Origin: an uncultured Candidatus Rokubacteria bacterium
Lineage (GTDB): Bacteria; Methylomirabilota; Methylomirabilia; Rokubacteriales; DASRDR01
Assembly: GCA_963805625.1 (NCBI GenBank)
Contig: CAWDVE010000010.1
Coordinates: forward strand, 1,216,001 to 1,280,000
Reading direction: 5' to 3'
DNA length: 64,000 nt
Part shown: in pieces, positions 21,519 to 30,462 of the stretch
Position numbering within the stretch: the first letter of the stretch is position 1
Layout of the letters: every line of letters starts with the position of its first letter
The notes under the pieces: model-generated
What the model saw: only the letters and a program-made list of their open reading frames with translations
The model's database searches: none
What the model was told of the DNA's origin: nothing
Program-made: the position numbers and the translations under genes

Positions 21519-22895
21519 ATGGGTCGTCTTCGTGCCGGCGTCTGCCGCGTGGACATCACGCCTCCCCTCGGCGTCGAACCCGGCGCCTGGCGGCTCCGGA
21601 CCGGCCGCGCCGACGGGGTTGATGAGCCGCTCGTCGCGCAGGCGCTCGTGCTCGATGACGGCAGCCGTCGAGTGGCGCTCGTCGCCACCGATCTTCTGTG
21701 GATGCCGCGGCACGTTGCCCAGGCCGCGCGGCGCCGGATCGCAGAGCTGACCGGGATCCCCGCCGAGGCCGTGCTTCTGAACGCCTCCCACAACCACAGC
21801 GCGCCGGTGCTGCTCGAGCCGGACAGCGTGCGAGCAGCCGTGCGCACCGAGGGTCTCGACGGATACGCGGCCGCACTGCCGGACCGGCTGGCCGGGGCCG
21901 TCTACGGGGCCAACGTCCACCGGCAGCCGGCGGCGATTGGCGCGGGAGTCGGGCGGGCCCCGGGAGTCTCCGTCAACCGCGTCGACCCGCGTCGGTCGGT
22001 CGACGACACCGTAACCGTGCTCCGCGTGGACGGCGAGGGCGGCATGATGGCGATCGTCGTGGGATTCGCGTGCCACGGCACCTGCGTCGGGGGCCAGACT
22101 CTCCGGTGGAACGCCGACTTCCCTCATGCCCTCCGGGTGGCCGTCGAGCGGGCCCATCCGGGAACCGAGTGCCTGTTCTTCCAGGCGTGCGCTGGAGACC
22201 TGGCGCCGCTCGACTACTGGTTCGGGAACGAGGCCGCGGTCCGGCACGGCTATCCGGCCCGCGACCGGGTCGGCGGGGCGCTCGCGGCAGAGGTGCGCCG
22301 GGTCGTGCCGACGATCTGGACGGCGGGCGAGCCCGAGCTCACGGTCGAGAGCCGCCTGGTCCCGCTCCGCCGGCGACGCCTCCCGTGGTCCGACGCCGAC
22401 CTGGATCGCGTGGAGCGGCGACTCGCCGCTGAGTCCGAGCCGGCGTTCCCGGAGGTCTGGGCCGACGAGGTCCACACCGCGACGTCCGCCCAGCGCTTCC
22501 CGCTTCACTACCAGCGAGGCGCCCTCGCCATGTACCGTGACATGCGGCGGCGCCAGGACGCGCCGGTCCAGGCCGAGGTCCAGGCGCTGGCCATAGGCGA
22601 CATCGCGATCGTCGGCACCGGGTTCGAGCTCTTCAGCGGCCCTGGCCGCGCCGTTCGCGAGCGGAGCCCGTTCAGGACCACGCTCGTCCTCGGCTACTCG
22701 AACGACTACCTGGGCTATCTCCCGCCGACGGAGGACTTCGACCGGATCGCCGACGTTCCGCTGGACGCGGTGCTGGACCAGGACCGGTACCGCTGGGCGT
22801 ACGGCATCACGAACACACACCTCGACCGGGGCGAGATCGATCGCCTCCTGGCCTCGGCCGACGACGCCCTTCGGGCGATCCACCGGGGGCGTTGA
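21519..22895 (+). CDS. Neutral/alkaline ceramidase-like amidohydrolase
   Basis: AGVCRVDITPP, ALVATDL, NASHNHSAP, FACHGT, ADFP, GYSNDYLGYLP. Confidence 0.75.
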   Translation: MGRLRAGVCRVDITPPLGVEPGAWRLRTGRADGVDEPLVAQALVLDDGSRRVALVATDLLWMPRHVAQAARRRIAELTGIPAEAVLLNASHNHSAPVLLEPDSVRAAVRTEGLDGYAAALPDRLAGAVYGANVHRQPAAIGAGVGRAPGVSVNRVDPRRSVDDTVTVLRVDGEGGMMAIVVGFACHGTCVGGQTLRWNADFPHALRVAVERAHPGTECLFFQACAGDLAPLDYWFGNEAAVRHGYPARDRVGGALAAEVRRVVPTIWTAGEPELTVESRLVPLRRRRLPWSDADLDRVERRLAAESEPAFPEVWADEVHTATSAQRFPLHYQRGALAMYRDMRRRQDAPVQAEVQALAIGDIAIVGTGFELFSGPGRAVRERSPFRTTLVLGYSNDYLGYLPPTEDFDRIADVPLDAVLDQDRYRWAYGITNTHLDRGEIDRLLASADDALRAIHRGR

Positions 22896-22898
22896 CGT

Positions 22899-23015
22899 GA
22901 GGGAAATCTGCTGGTCGCCGTCGGGGCGGCGGCGGGCGATGGCCAGGTCCGGGATCTCTACGCCGGCTGTTGGTTCGGCAGCCTCTCGATGCGAAGCTTC
23001 ACGCTGTCGGCCTGA
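22899..23015 (+). pseudogene. C-terminal remnant resembling DODA/YgiD-type extradiol dioxygenase
   Basis: Startless frame LLVAVGAAAGDGQVRDLYAGCWFGSLSMRSFTL* resembles the ALGAA...GSLSM end of that family. Confidence 0.35.
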
Positions 23016-23160
23016 TCAGCCTAGGCCCTATTCCGGAATCAGCTCAGCTCACTTACCACAATGTTCCAATCACTTACACTAACTCACAGCAGATCTGGCT
23101 TCAATGCCAGATGGCAGGCATGAGCCACCCGCGCCACCGAGCTCCGGGAGCCGGAGGCCC

Positions 23161-23718
23161 CTAGCGCATCCGGGGGGCGAGCCGGTCCTTCAGACCCTTC
23201 AGGCGAAAGCCCAGCATGATCGTCAGCACGCCGAAGACGATCGCGAATCCGCCGATCCACCACAGCACGGCCAGCGCGCCGGCGCCGGGGGCCACGACCA
23301 GGACCACACCGAGGGCGAGGGACAGGAGGCCGCTCAAGGCGAGCAGCCACTCGTTCTCGATCTCCTTCCGGAGGTGGAAGGCGGCGATGATCTCGAAGAT
23401 CCCGCGGATGATCGCCCACGCCGCGATCAGGTAGAGGAGCGCCAGCCCCGTGAGCCCGGGGTAGAGGAAGGTCACAACCCCGACGGCCACGCCCGCCAGG
23501 CCGGCCAGCAGCACGCCCCAGGGGAAAGGCCCCGCCTGGCGTCCGACCAGGGCCCACGCGACTGCCAGCACTCCCTCGACCAGCGCATAGGCGCCGTAGA
23601 GCAGGACCAGCACGGCCAGCGTGATGCCCGGCCAGGCGAAGGCCCCGACGCCGAAGAGCACGGCGCACACGCCACGCAGCACGATCGCCCACCAGTTCTG
23701 TGCCAGCGTCCTCAGCAT
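23161..23718 (-). CDS. HdeD-family (DUF308) membrane protein
   Basis: NWWAIVLRGVCAVLFG...WPGITL...LRKEIENEWLLALSG; GGAGGAGG RBS. Confidence 0.9.
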   Translation of the reverse strand: MLRTLAQNWWAIVLRGVCAVLFGVGAFAWPGITLAVLVLLYGAYALVEGVLAVAWALVGRQAGPFPWGVLLAGLAGVAVGVVTFLYPGLTGLALLYLIAAWAIIRGIFEIIAAFHLRKEIENEWLLALSGLLSLALGVVLVVAPGAGALAVLWWIGGFAIVFGVLTIMLGFRLKGLKDRLAPRMR

Positions 23719-23818
23719 CGGACCCTCCTCCCGTTCTGAGCGATTGACGGCCATCGGCTCGAGATGACGACCACCCGAGCCCGTCTAGCGCGAGAGCAGA
23801 GGCGAAAGGGCCTCTGGA

Positions 23819-25258
23819 TCACCGCCACGTCTTGCGTCCCCGTCTCTGGACCTCTCGCCAGCAATCCTCGAAGGCCGCCCGCGCGGCCTGCCGGCGCGCG
23901 TGCTGGCGCTCGACGAGGAGGCCGGCGACGAAGCCGGCACCCGGGCCCGGAGCTTCCCTGGCCAGCTCGCGCAGGCGCGCCTCGGCCACGGCCGCGTCCT
24001 GGTGCTCCCCGAGAATGTCCTGGAGCATCTTCACCCGGTCGACGAAGCGCTCGGCGGCCTGACCCACGGCCGGGGCAGCCAGCTCTGCGGCATAGCGAGC
24101 GCGCTTGGCCTTGATCCGGACCATGTGGAGGTCCGCGTCGCCCGGCGTCTCCGGGAGCGACTTGACGGTCCTTCGTAGCTTCGTCCACGCACGAGTGGCC
24201 ACGTCGGCCAGTGACACGTCCGCGTCCACCACCGGTGGATGCGAGATCGTCTCCTCGATGCGGTCGAGGAGGGTGAGGTAGCGGGGGCTATCGAGGGCCG
24301 CCAGAAGCTCCTCGCGGGAGCGCGCGCCAGCCTTCTCGAGCCGCCTGAGGAGCGCCCGGCCGGCGCTACGGTCCTGACGCTCGAGCCTGCCGAGCTCCTC
24401 GCGGAGATGCTCCCGCATCACGTCGAGGTCACGCCGGCCACCGAGTGTCGCTCCGAGCCAGGTCAATTCTTCCCGAAGCGCCTTGATGGGCCTCGGCGCG
24501 AACATCGGCCGGGCCGCCCGCATGACTGCGCGGAGACGCCGCACGGCCACTCGCATCTGGTGGAGCTCTTCCGGATCCTCGCCGAGCCGGGTGCCCGGAT
24601 CGTGCGCGCGAATGGCCTCGAGCTGGATGCGCATCGCGGCCAGCACCCGGTCGAGCGGCGTGGCGGACGGGCCTGGAGGCTTGACCTCGAGGGAGAAGTC
24701 GAGCCCCAGCGCTCGGAAGACCTTCGGCGCCCCCTGGCTCTCCGTGGCGCCGCCCGCCCGCAACAGGGCGCCGAGGCGCTCGAGGACCGCGTCGTCACCA
24801 GTCCCGACCAGCTCGATCTCGACCTCGCGAAAGCGCCGCTTGACCTTCCGCCCGTCGAGCACCGCCACCGAGTCCAGCACCACCTCGGCGACCGGCCGCC
24901 TCCGCTCACGTACGAGAACCCCCGTGCGCCGGGTGCGGAGCGTGGCGATGGGTCCGAGGTGAGCTTCGCGCGTGTAGACGCGGAGGAGACGTCCGAGCTC
25001 GTCCGGGAGCCGGAACGACGAGCCCGGCAGCTCCAGCTCCAGGCGCCCCACCTGGCGCGGCAGCTTGACCTGCCAGAGCGGCCGTTGCTTCTCGATGCGG
25101 CAGCGAAGCGTGACGCCGGAACGGGCGAGGCGATGGTCGGGCGTGTCGTAGTATCGGGAGACGAACACCCGCGGAACCAGGGGCCGACCGGGAAGCCTGG
25201 GCAAGCGGAAGCCCGGCTCGACTTCGAGCTTCAGCTCACGCTCGAGGATCTGTTTCAC
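23819..25258 (-). CDS. CYTH + CHAD domain protein
   Basis: ERELKL, YYDTPDHRLARSGVTLR, EVEIEL (CYTH); LHQMRVAVRRLR, LHMVRIKAKRARY, LQDILGEHQD (CHAD). Confidence 0.9.
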   Translation of the reverse strand: MKQILERELKLEVEPGFRLPRLPGRPLVPRVFVSRYYDTPDHRLARSGVTLRCRIEKQRPLWQVKLPRQVGRLELELPGSSFRLPDELGRLLRVYTREAHLGPIATLRTRRTGVLVRERRRPVAEVVLDSVAVLDGRKVKRRFREVEIELVGTGDDAVLERLGALLRAGGATESQGAPKVFRALGLDFSLEVKPPGPSATPLDRVLAAMRIQLEAIRAHDPGTRLGEDPEELHQMRVAVRRLRAVMRAARPMFAPRPIKALREELTWLGATLGGRRDLDVMREHLREELGRLERQDRSAGRALLRRLEKAGARSREELLAALDSPRYLTLLDRIEETISHPPVVDADVSLADVATRAWTKLRRTVKSLPETPGDADLHMVRIKAKRARYAAELAAPAVGQAAERFVDRVKMLQDILGEHQDAAVAEARLRELAREAPGPGAGFVAGLLVERQHARRQAARAAFEDCWREVQRRGRKTWR

Positions 25259-25493
25259 GCCACTCGACCCAACCGGAGGCCGGGCTTCGCCGGCTCCCGC
25301 ATCCAGAATAGCCCACGCCGGCCTCAGGCCGCCACCGCCGGTCCGGCCGCGTACCGGCGCCCTCCCGGCCAGCGCGATCGCCGTCCGGACACCGCCTGGT
25401 TCGAGCGCATCGACACGACCTGGCCGGCGTACAATCCCGCCTGATGATGACGCCGACGGGCGCGCTCGCTGACGCACCGCCGAGGCGCGGCCG

Positions 25494-25973
25494 GTGAGGC
25501 GGCGACTCGACCTCCGGGGGCTCGGGCGCGGGCTCCTCGGGTTCTGGGCCCTCTACTTCGCCATCGTCGCGCTCTCGAACCTGACGGACCTTGGCCAGAG
25601 CCTCCACCTCCTGCCGGCGGACTGGCGCTGGGTCTCGGGCAACCTGGCATTCATCAGGGCCAGCACGGAAAGGCTCCCGGCCTGGACGAGCCAGCTTCTG
25701 CTCGCGGGCGTCATCGCCTGGCAGGCGCTCGCTGGCGTGCTGTTCTGGCGGGCGGCCCGGGATCCGGCCGGACGATGGCTGGGTCCGGCCTTCGTGGTGA
25801 GTCTCTCGCTGTGGGCGACGTTCATCCTGCTCGACGAGCTACTCCTGATCTTCGAGACCGGCGCGGAGGCTACCCACTTCCGGCTCATGATCGCCGAGCT
25901 GCTGACCCTCGTCCTGCTAAGGCCCGGCGGACTCCTGGGAGCGACGGAGGGTTCCTCCCCACCGCCGGACTAG
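25494..25973 (+). CDS. Hypothetical membrane protein
   Basis: 159 aa with about four hydrophobic segments; TACAAT upstream at ~25430. Confidence 0.6.
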   Translation: MRRRLDLRGLGRGLLGFWALYFAIVALSNLTDLGQSLHLLPADWRWVSGNLAFIRASTERLPAWTSQLLLAGVIAWQALAGVLFWRAARDPAGRWLGPAFVVSLSLWATFILLDELLLIFETGAEATHFRLMIAELLTLVLLRPGGLLGATEGSSPPPD

Positions 25974-27026
25974 GCAAGATGGCGGTCCGCCCGGTAGTGC
26001 ACCCCGAGCAGATCGGCCCCGAAGTTGCTCCGGGGGTCGTGCCAGACCGAGTGGATGTGGTTGGCGTTGTTCTGCGTGTTGTCGTACTCGATCAGCACCG
26101 TCGGTCCGTGGAGTCGGTAGTAGTGGGGTCGTTTGGCGTCGATGGGACCGGCCCAGGCGAAGTGGATCCGCTCGATTCCGGCCGCGTTGAGCTTCCAGAG
26201 CTCGCTCTCCGCAAGGTCGCCGCGCATGTTCCGCGCGTAGGTCTCGAGAAGCCGCAGGGCCAGCGCACGCGACTCCCCGCCGAGATTCCCGACCGGTGCC
26301 CCCACGGGTGCCCGGAGGCTCTGGTCCCGGCCCGGGCCGCTCACGATGTCACCGAGCGACTCGGCCGCGATCGTCGCGCGCGCGCGCGGCCGGATCGAGG
26401 CTCCCGGCAAGGGCCAGGCCGAGATCCTGCTCGGCCTGGAGGGCGCGCAGTCCCTTCAGGGGACCCGACGGCACCTCCGCCGGGTTCGCGCCGAGGAACG
26501 CGGGGGTGACCGCGATGGCCCCGCCGGGGACGACCGTGAAGTTGAGCGAGAGATGGTGGCCCTCGAACCGCCACCCCCAGGGCGCGCCCTGATCGGGCGT
26601 CCCGAAGATCGTGACCGCGTAGTTGTCGGGGTCTCGCGTGAAACCGCCGAAGGTCTCGAGCTGGCGGAGAACGCCCTCGAGCCGCATGACGTCATGCGCC
26701 TTGGCATAGCCGGCCGCCGAGAGTCCAGCCTGCAGCAAGGCGTGGGTGGCGGCACGGGCATCGGCCGTCATGTCCTTGAGCGGCAGCCCCTCCCGCCGGC
26801 GCGGCACGTAGTGCCAGTTCAGACGCTCGGCCTGCGTGAAGGGGAAGGTCGCTTGCCGAGCCCGTCGCGGGTCGAGCGTCCCCAGGAACGCGAGCGCGGC
26901 CCGGGCCATGGCCTCGTGCCCGCTCTCCTCGGCCCAGAGCCACGTGGGCCGCCCGGCGGTCCCCAGCGCAGCCGCGGCCGCAAGGCCGTGGAGAAGCCCC
27001 CGTCGCCCGAGCCGTCGGGCTCCCAC
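25970..27026 (-). pseudogene. DUF3500-family Tat-exported protein, frameshifted at a (CG)7 tract (26375-26388)
   Basis: GRRGLL Tat motif, WHYVP, RDPDNY, WGWRFEGHHLSLN, then second frame FAWAG...HYYRLHGP...IEYDNTQNNANHIHSVW. Confidence 0.8.
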
Positions 27027-27028
27027 GG

Positions 27029-27592
27029 TTACCGGAGCGCAGTCGGGGCCAGGCGGCCCACGACGCGAAACCGTCCGCCCGTCTCAGGGACCAGCGTGAC
27101 GAACTCGCCGGGCACCGGATTGACGCCGGTCAAAGCCAGGATGTTCGCGCCGTGGGTGACCAGCACGAGGTTGCCCGTGGCGGGGCGCTCACCGGCCAGC
27201 CCCCGAACGGCGCGCGTGCGCTCCGGCTCGCGGGCTCGCTCCTCGAAAACCGAGTCGAGCGGCTCCCACGGCTCCACGCGTCCGAACGCCAGGCGCGCGG
27301 TCTCGAGGCACCGGCACCAGTGGCTCGACAGCACGCGCCCGACCGGGATACCTCGGGACCGAAAGGCCGCGCCCACCCGCCGCGCCTCATCCCGACCGGC
27401 TTCAGTCAGGTTACGCTGGGTGGAACAGTCCGCCAGTTTGAAGACGGGCGGGTCGCCGACCCCAGGCGTGGTCGTGGCGTGCCGCATCAGAACGACCTGA
27501 CCGCCTCCGCGCAAGAGGGTCCACAGCGCCTCGTCGGCGGCGACCCCCGTCGGCGCCAGGAGGAACAGGGCGAGCACGCTGACGAGCCGCAT
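27029..27592 (-). CDS. Secreted histidine phosphatase-family protein
   Basis: Signal peptide; MRHA, CSTQRNL, SSHWCRCLETA, LVTHG. Confidence 0.85.
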   Translation of the reverse strand: MRLVSVLALFLLAPTGVAADEALWTLLRGGGQVVLMRHATTTPGVGDPPVFKLADCSTQRNLTEAGRDEARRVGAAFRSRGIPVGRVLSSHWCRCLETARLAFGRVEPWEPLDSVFEERAREPERTRAVRGLAGERPATGNLVLVTHGANILALTGVNPVPGEFVTLVPETGGRFRVVGRLAPTALR

Positions 27593-27715
27593 CGCGAAGG
27601 GACTCCCCTCAGGGCCGCCTCGAGCCCGACTTCATCCTATACGGAGCTTGACCGATCCGTTACCGTGTCCCTAGGGACGCGCGCAGACGCTGCGGACCGG
27701 GACGGAGGCAGCTTG

Positions 27716-28345
27716 ATGACACGGGACCGGGGCTGGTGGCCACCACGCCGAGAATTCCTGGGAGCGGCCCTCGCGCTCCCCTCCGCCGTCGTCCTGGCCG
27801 CGAGCCAGGCACTTGCCCAGCCGCGGACGCTCGCCGCGACACCGAGCTGCGTCGACAAGGGCGCGCCCACGCCGCCCCAGACGGCGGGTCCGTTCTACAA
27901 GCCCCGCTCGCCGCGCCGGACCTCCCTCCTCGAGCCGGGCATGGGCGGGACGCGAATTGTCCTCACGGGATCGGTCCTCACAACCGACTGCCGGCCGATC
28001 GCAGGCGCGCTCCTCGACTTCTGGCAGGCCGACGACCGGGGCGCGTACGACAACGCCGGCTTCCGCCTCCGAGGCCACCAGTTCGCGGACGAGCACGGCC
28101 GCTACCGGCTCGAGACCGTCATCCCCGGGCTCTACTCAGGGCGGACGCGCCACCTCCACGTCCGGGTGCAGGCGCCGAACCAGCCGGCCCTCACCACCCA
28201 GCTCTACTTCCCGGGCGAGCCCGGCAACCAGGGCGACTTCATCTTCCGGCCGGAGCTCGTCATCGCCGTGCGGGACGAGGCGGGTGCCAAGGCCGGCGCC
28301 TTCGACTTCGTGCTGGCAGTCCCCGCTCCGAAGCCGGCCGGCTGA
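27716..28345 (+). CDS. Tat-exported intradiol dioxygenase-like protein
   Basis: RREFL Tat motif; GPFY, DFWQAD..GAYD, PGLYSGRTRHLH iron ligands, TTQLYF. Confidence 0.88.
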   Translation: MTRDRGWWPPRREFLGAALALPSAVVLAASQALAQPRTLAATPSCVDKGAPTPPQTAGPFYKPRSPRRTSLLEPGMGGTRIVLTGSVLTTDCRPIAGALLDFWQADDRGAYDNAGFRLRGHQFADEHGRYRLETVIPGLYSGRTRHLHVRVQAPNQPALTTQLYFPGEPGNQGDFIFRPELVIAVRDEAGAKAGAFDFVLAVPAPKPAG

Positions 28346-28363
28346 GCTGGAGGAAGCGTCCCG

Positions 28364-28669
28364 ATGGGACACGTCGAGAAGGTCGATCGCACGCTCCCGC
28401 TGAACCAGATGATCTTCTACGTCCGCCGCGACGCGGAGCTCCGGCGCCGCTGGCGCGAGGACTTCGACGCCCTCGCCCGCGAGTTCGGCCTTTCGGCGGA
28501 GGAGATCGCAGCGGTCAAGGCTGCCGACGTCCGCCGGCTCAACGAGATGGGCGTGCACCAATACTACGTCTCCCAGATCCTCCGGCTCTCGTTCGGCGCG
28601 GCGGGCGCCTCGAACACGCATCCGGCCCTCGAGGCCTTCCGGCGCGCGTACCCCGAGCAGGTGCAGTAG
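28364..28669 (+). CDS. LigA-like small subunit of a class III extradiol dioxygenase
   Basis: EFGLSAEEIAAVKAADVRRLNEMGVHQY pattern; directly upstream of a LigB-like gene. Confidence 0.7.
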   Translation: MGHVEKVDRTLPLNQMIFYVRRDAELRRRWREDFDALAREFGLSAEEIAAVKAADVRRLNEMGVHQYYVSQILRLSFGAAGASNTHPALEAFRRAYPEQVQ

Positions 28670-28677
28670 CGCACACG

Positions 28678-29520
28678 ATGGCCACCGTCGTCGCCGCGAT
28701 GGCCGCGACCCACGCCCCGGGGCTCACCGGGTGGTTCGACCGGGCACCCGAGACGGATCAGAAGGTCGTCCTCGACGGCTACGGCGAGCTGCGTCGCCGG
28801 CTCGAGGCGGCTCGGCCCGACGTCCTGCTCATGCTGGCGAACGACCATCTCCTGAACTGGCCGATCAACAACATTCCGGACTACACGGTCGGGATCGGGG
28901 AGGAGCACGTCGGCCCCGCCGACTGGTTCGACGAATGGCTCGCGCTCCCCAAGTACCGGGTCCAGGGCCGCCCCGATCTCGCGCGCGCGATCGTCCGGGA
29001 AGGCGCGCGGCTCGGCGTCATGTTCGCGTACCTGAATCGCCTCGAGCTCGACGACGGCATCTCGGTGCCGCTCCACTACCTGACGCCCGGCATGCAGATC
29101 CCGCTCGTGCCGATCACGCTCAACTGCACGGTGCCGCCCATCCCGTCATCCGAGCGAGCCTACCGCCTGGGGGAGGTGCTCCGCGAGATCGTGACGACGC
29201 GCTGGCCGGCGGGGATCCGCGTCGCGGTGATCGCGACCGGCGGGCTCTCCCACGAGCCCGGCGGACCGCGCTACCTCCAGGTCGACGAGGCCTTCGACCG
29301 CTGGTTCCTCGAGCGCCTCGCGGAGGGCGACCACCGCCGCATCGTAGGCGAGTGCACGGTCGAGCGGATGGAGACCGCGGGCTCGGGGGGCACCGCGGAA
29401 CTCCTCGCTTGGATCGCGGCGCTCCCTTTCACCGCCGGCCCGGCCGAGGTGCTCGGCTACGCGCCGACGCTGGCCTGGCGCACGGGAACCGGCATGGTCG
29501 CCTGGCCCTGCATGGCCTGA
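28678..29520 (+). CDS. LigB-like class III extradiol ring-cleavage dioxygenase
   Basis: THAPG, ANDH, LDDGISVPL, ATGGLSHEPGG, GTAE. Confidence 0.88.
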   Translation: MATVVAAMAATHAPGLTGWFDRAPETDQKVVLDGYGELRRRLEAARPDVLLMLANDHLLNWPINNIPDYTVGIGEEHVGPADWFDEWLALPKYRVQGRPDLARAIVREGARLGVMFAYLNRLELDDGISVPLHYLTPGMQIPLVPITLNCTVPPIPSSERAYRLGEVLREIVTTRWPAGIRVAVIATGGLSHEPGGPRYLQVDEAFDRWFLERLAEGDHRRIVGECTVERMETAGSGGTAELLAWIAALPFTAGPAEVLGYAPTLAWRTGTGMVAWPCMA

Positions 29521-29589
29521 TACTCTCTCCGCAGCTCTCGAGGCACGCATGGCACACGCACAGGACAGAGCGCCCGAGGAGGGGGCACG

Positions 29590-30029
29590 ATGACCAGGGT
29601 GGCTTGGGTCCTCGTGGCCGGAGTGCTGGCATCCTGGTGACAAGCGGAGCGCCGCCGAAGGACGCCAGACTCGACACACCGGAGGACTTGGTCGCGTTTG
29701 CGCAACGCATGATGCTGGGCGACTCTCGACGATTCCGGATAGTAGAGTCTATGGCCGTTCGGGACTCCTCTCTGGGAGCGGACTGCGTCCGCTTCGACTC
29801 GACTCTCGAGGAACGCGACAACCCGAGAGCGCCGGGAGCCGTACTCGTCGTCGTCAACCGCGAGAACCATCTGTGCCGCCATCCGCACGCACGCTCGCCG
29901 ATGCTCGTTCTGTTTGGCGCCAGCGAACGGTATGTCCAGGGGGCCGTCAGTTCACCGCTCCTCTCGGACACCCTCAAGACACAGTGGGAACCGTCAGTGC
30001 GAAGCGTCCAGTTCCTGCGTCCGCGCTAG
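29590..30029 (+). pseudogene. Remnant of an exported protein gene (signal peptide out of frame with the body)
   Basis: RBS plus MTRVAWVLVAGVLASW* followed by a protein-like frame (DCVRFD...LCRHP...SERY) ending at 30029. Confidence 0.4.
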
Positions 30030-30175
30030 AGAGCCTAAACCACGCACGATCGTCAGCAGGCTGTCTCAGGCCTCATCGCCTTCGGCCCGGCTCTTCGGCC
30101 TGCCTGTCCCACGGGCCCGGGCTTGCGCCGCGCGGACGATCACCGGTCGAAGGGAGGAGCAGCCTGAAGGCGCCC

Positions 30176-30440
30176 TCAGACGGCGGCCGCGCCCGCCAGC
30201 GCGCACTGATGGTCCTGCTCCCCGGTGCCGCCTCCACAGCCGATCGCCCCGATGAAACGGTCCCCGACGACGATCGGGGCGCCGCCCGTGCTGGGCAGGA
30301 TCTCGCCCGGGACGAGGCCGGACAGGGAGTTCCAGAACAGCGAATGCTCCCGCGCCGCCGCGTCCTCGGGCCGGATCGGGCGTAGCCGCACCGCCGGGCC
30401 GTCGCGCAGGAGGACGGTCCGCCCGGGTTCCAGCGGGAGC
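30176..30440 (-). pseudogene. Chimeric remnant: GNAT-like N-terminus fused to a GlcG/HbpS heme-binding C-terminus
   Basis: LLRDGPAVRLRPIRPEDA followed by GGAPIVVGDRFIGAIGCGGGTGEQDHQCALAG. Confidence 0.6.
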
Positions 30441-30462
30441 CCTTCTCTGCCGGAAGCCGGTG

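Noticed and set aside
27648-27663. Possible Pho box (TTGAC-N6-GTTAC) between the histidine phosphatase and dioxygenase genes
   Set aside because: Only two units, and no -10 at the 10-nt spacing seen at the other sites; could be chance
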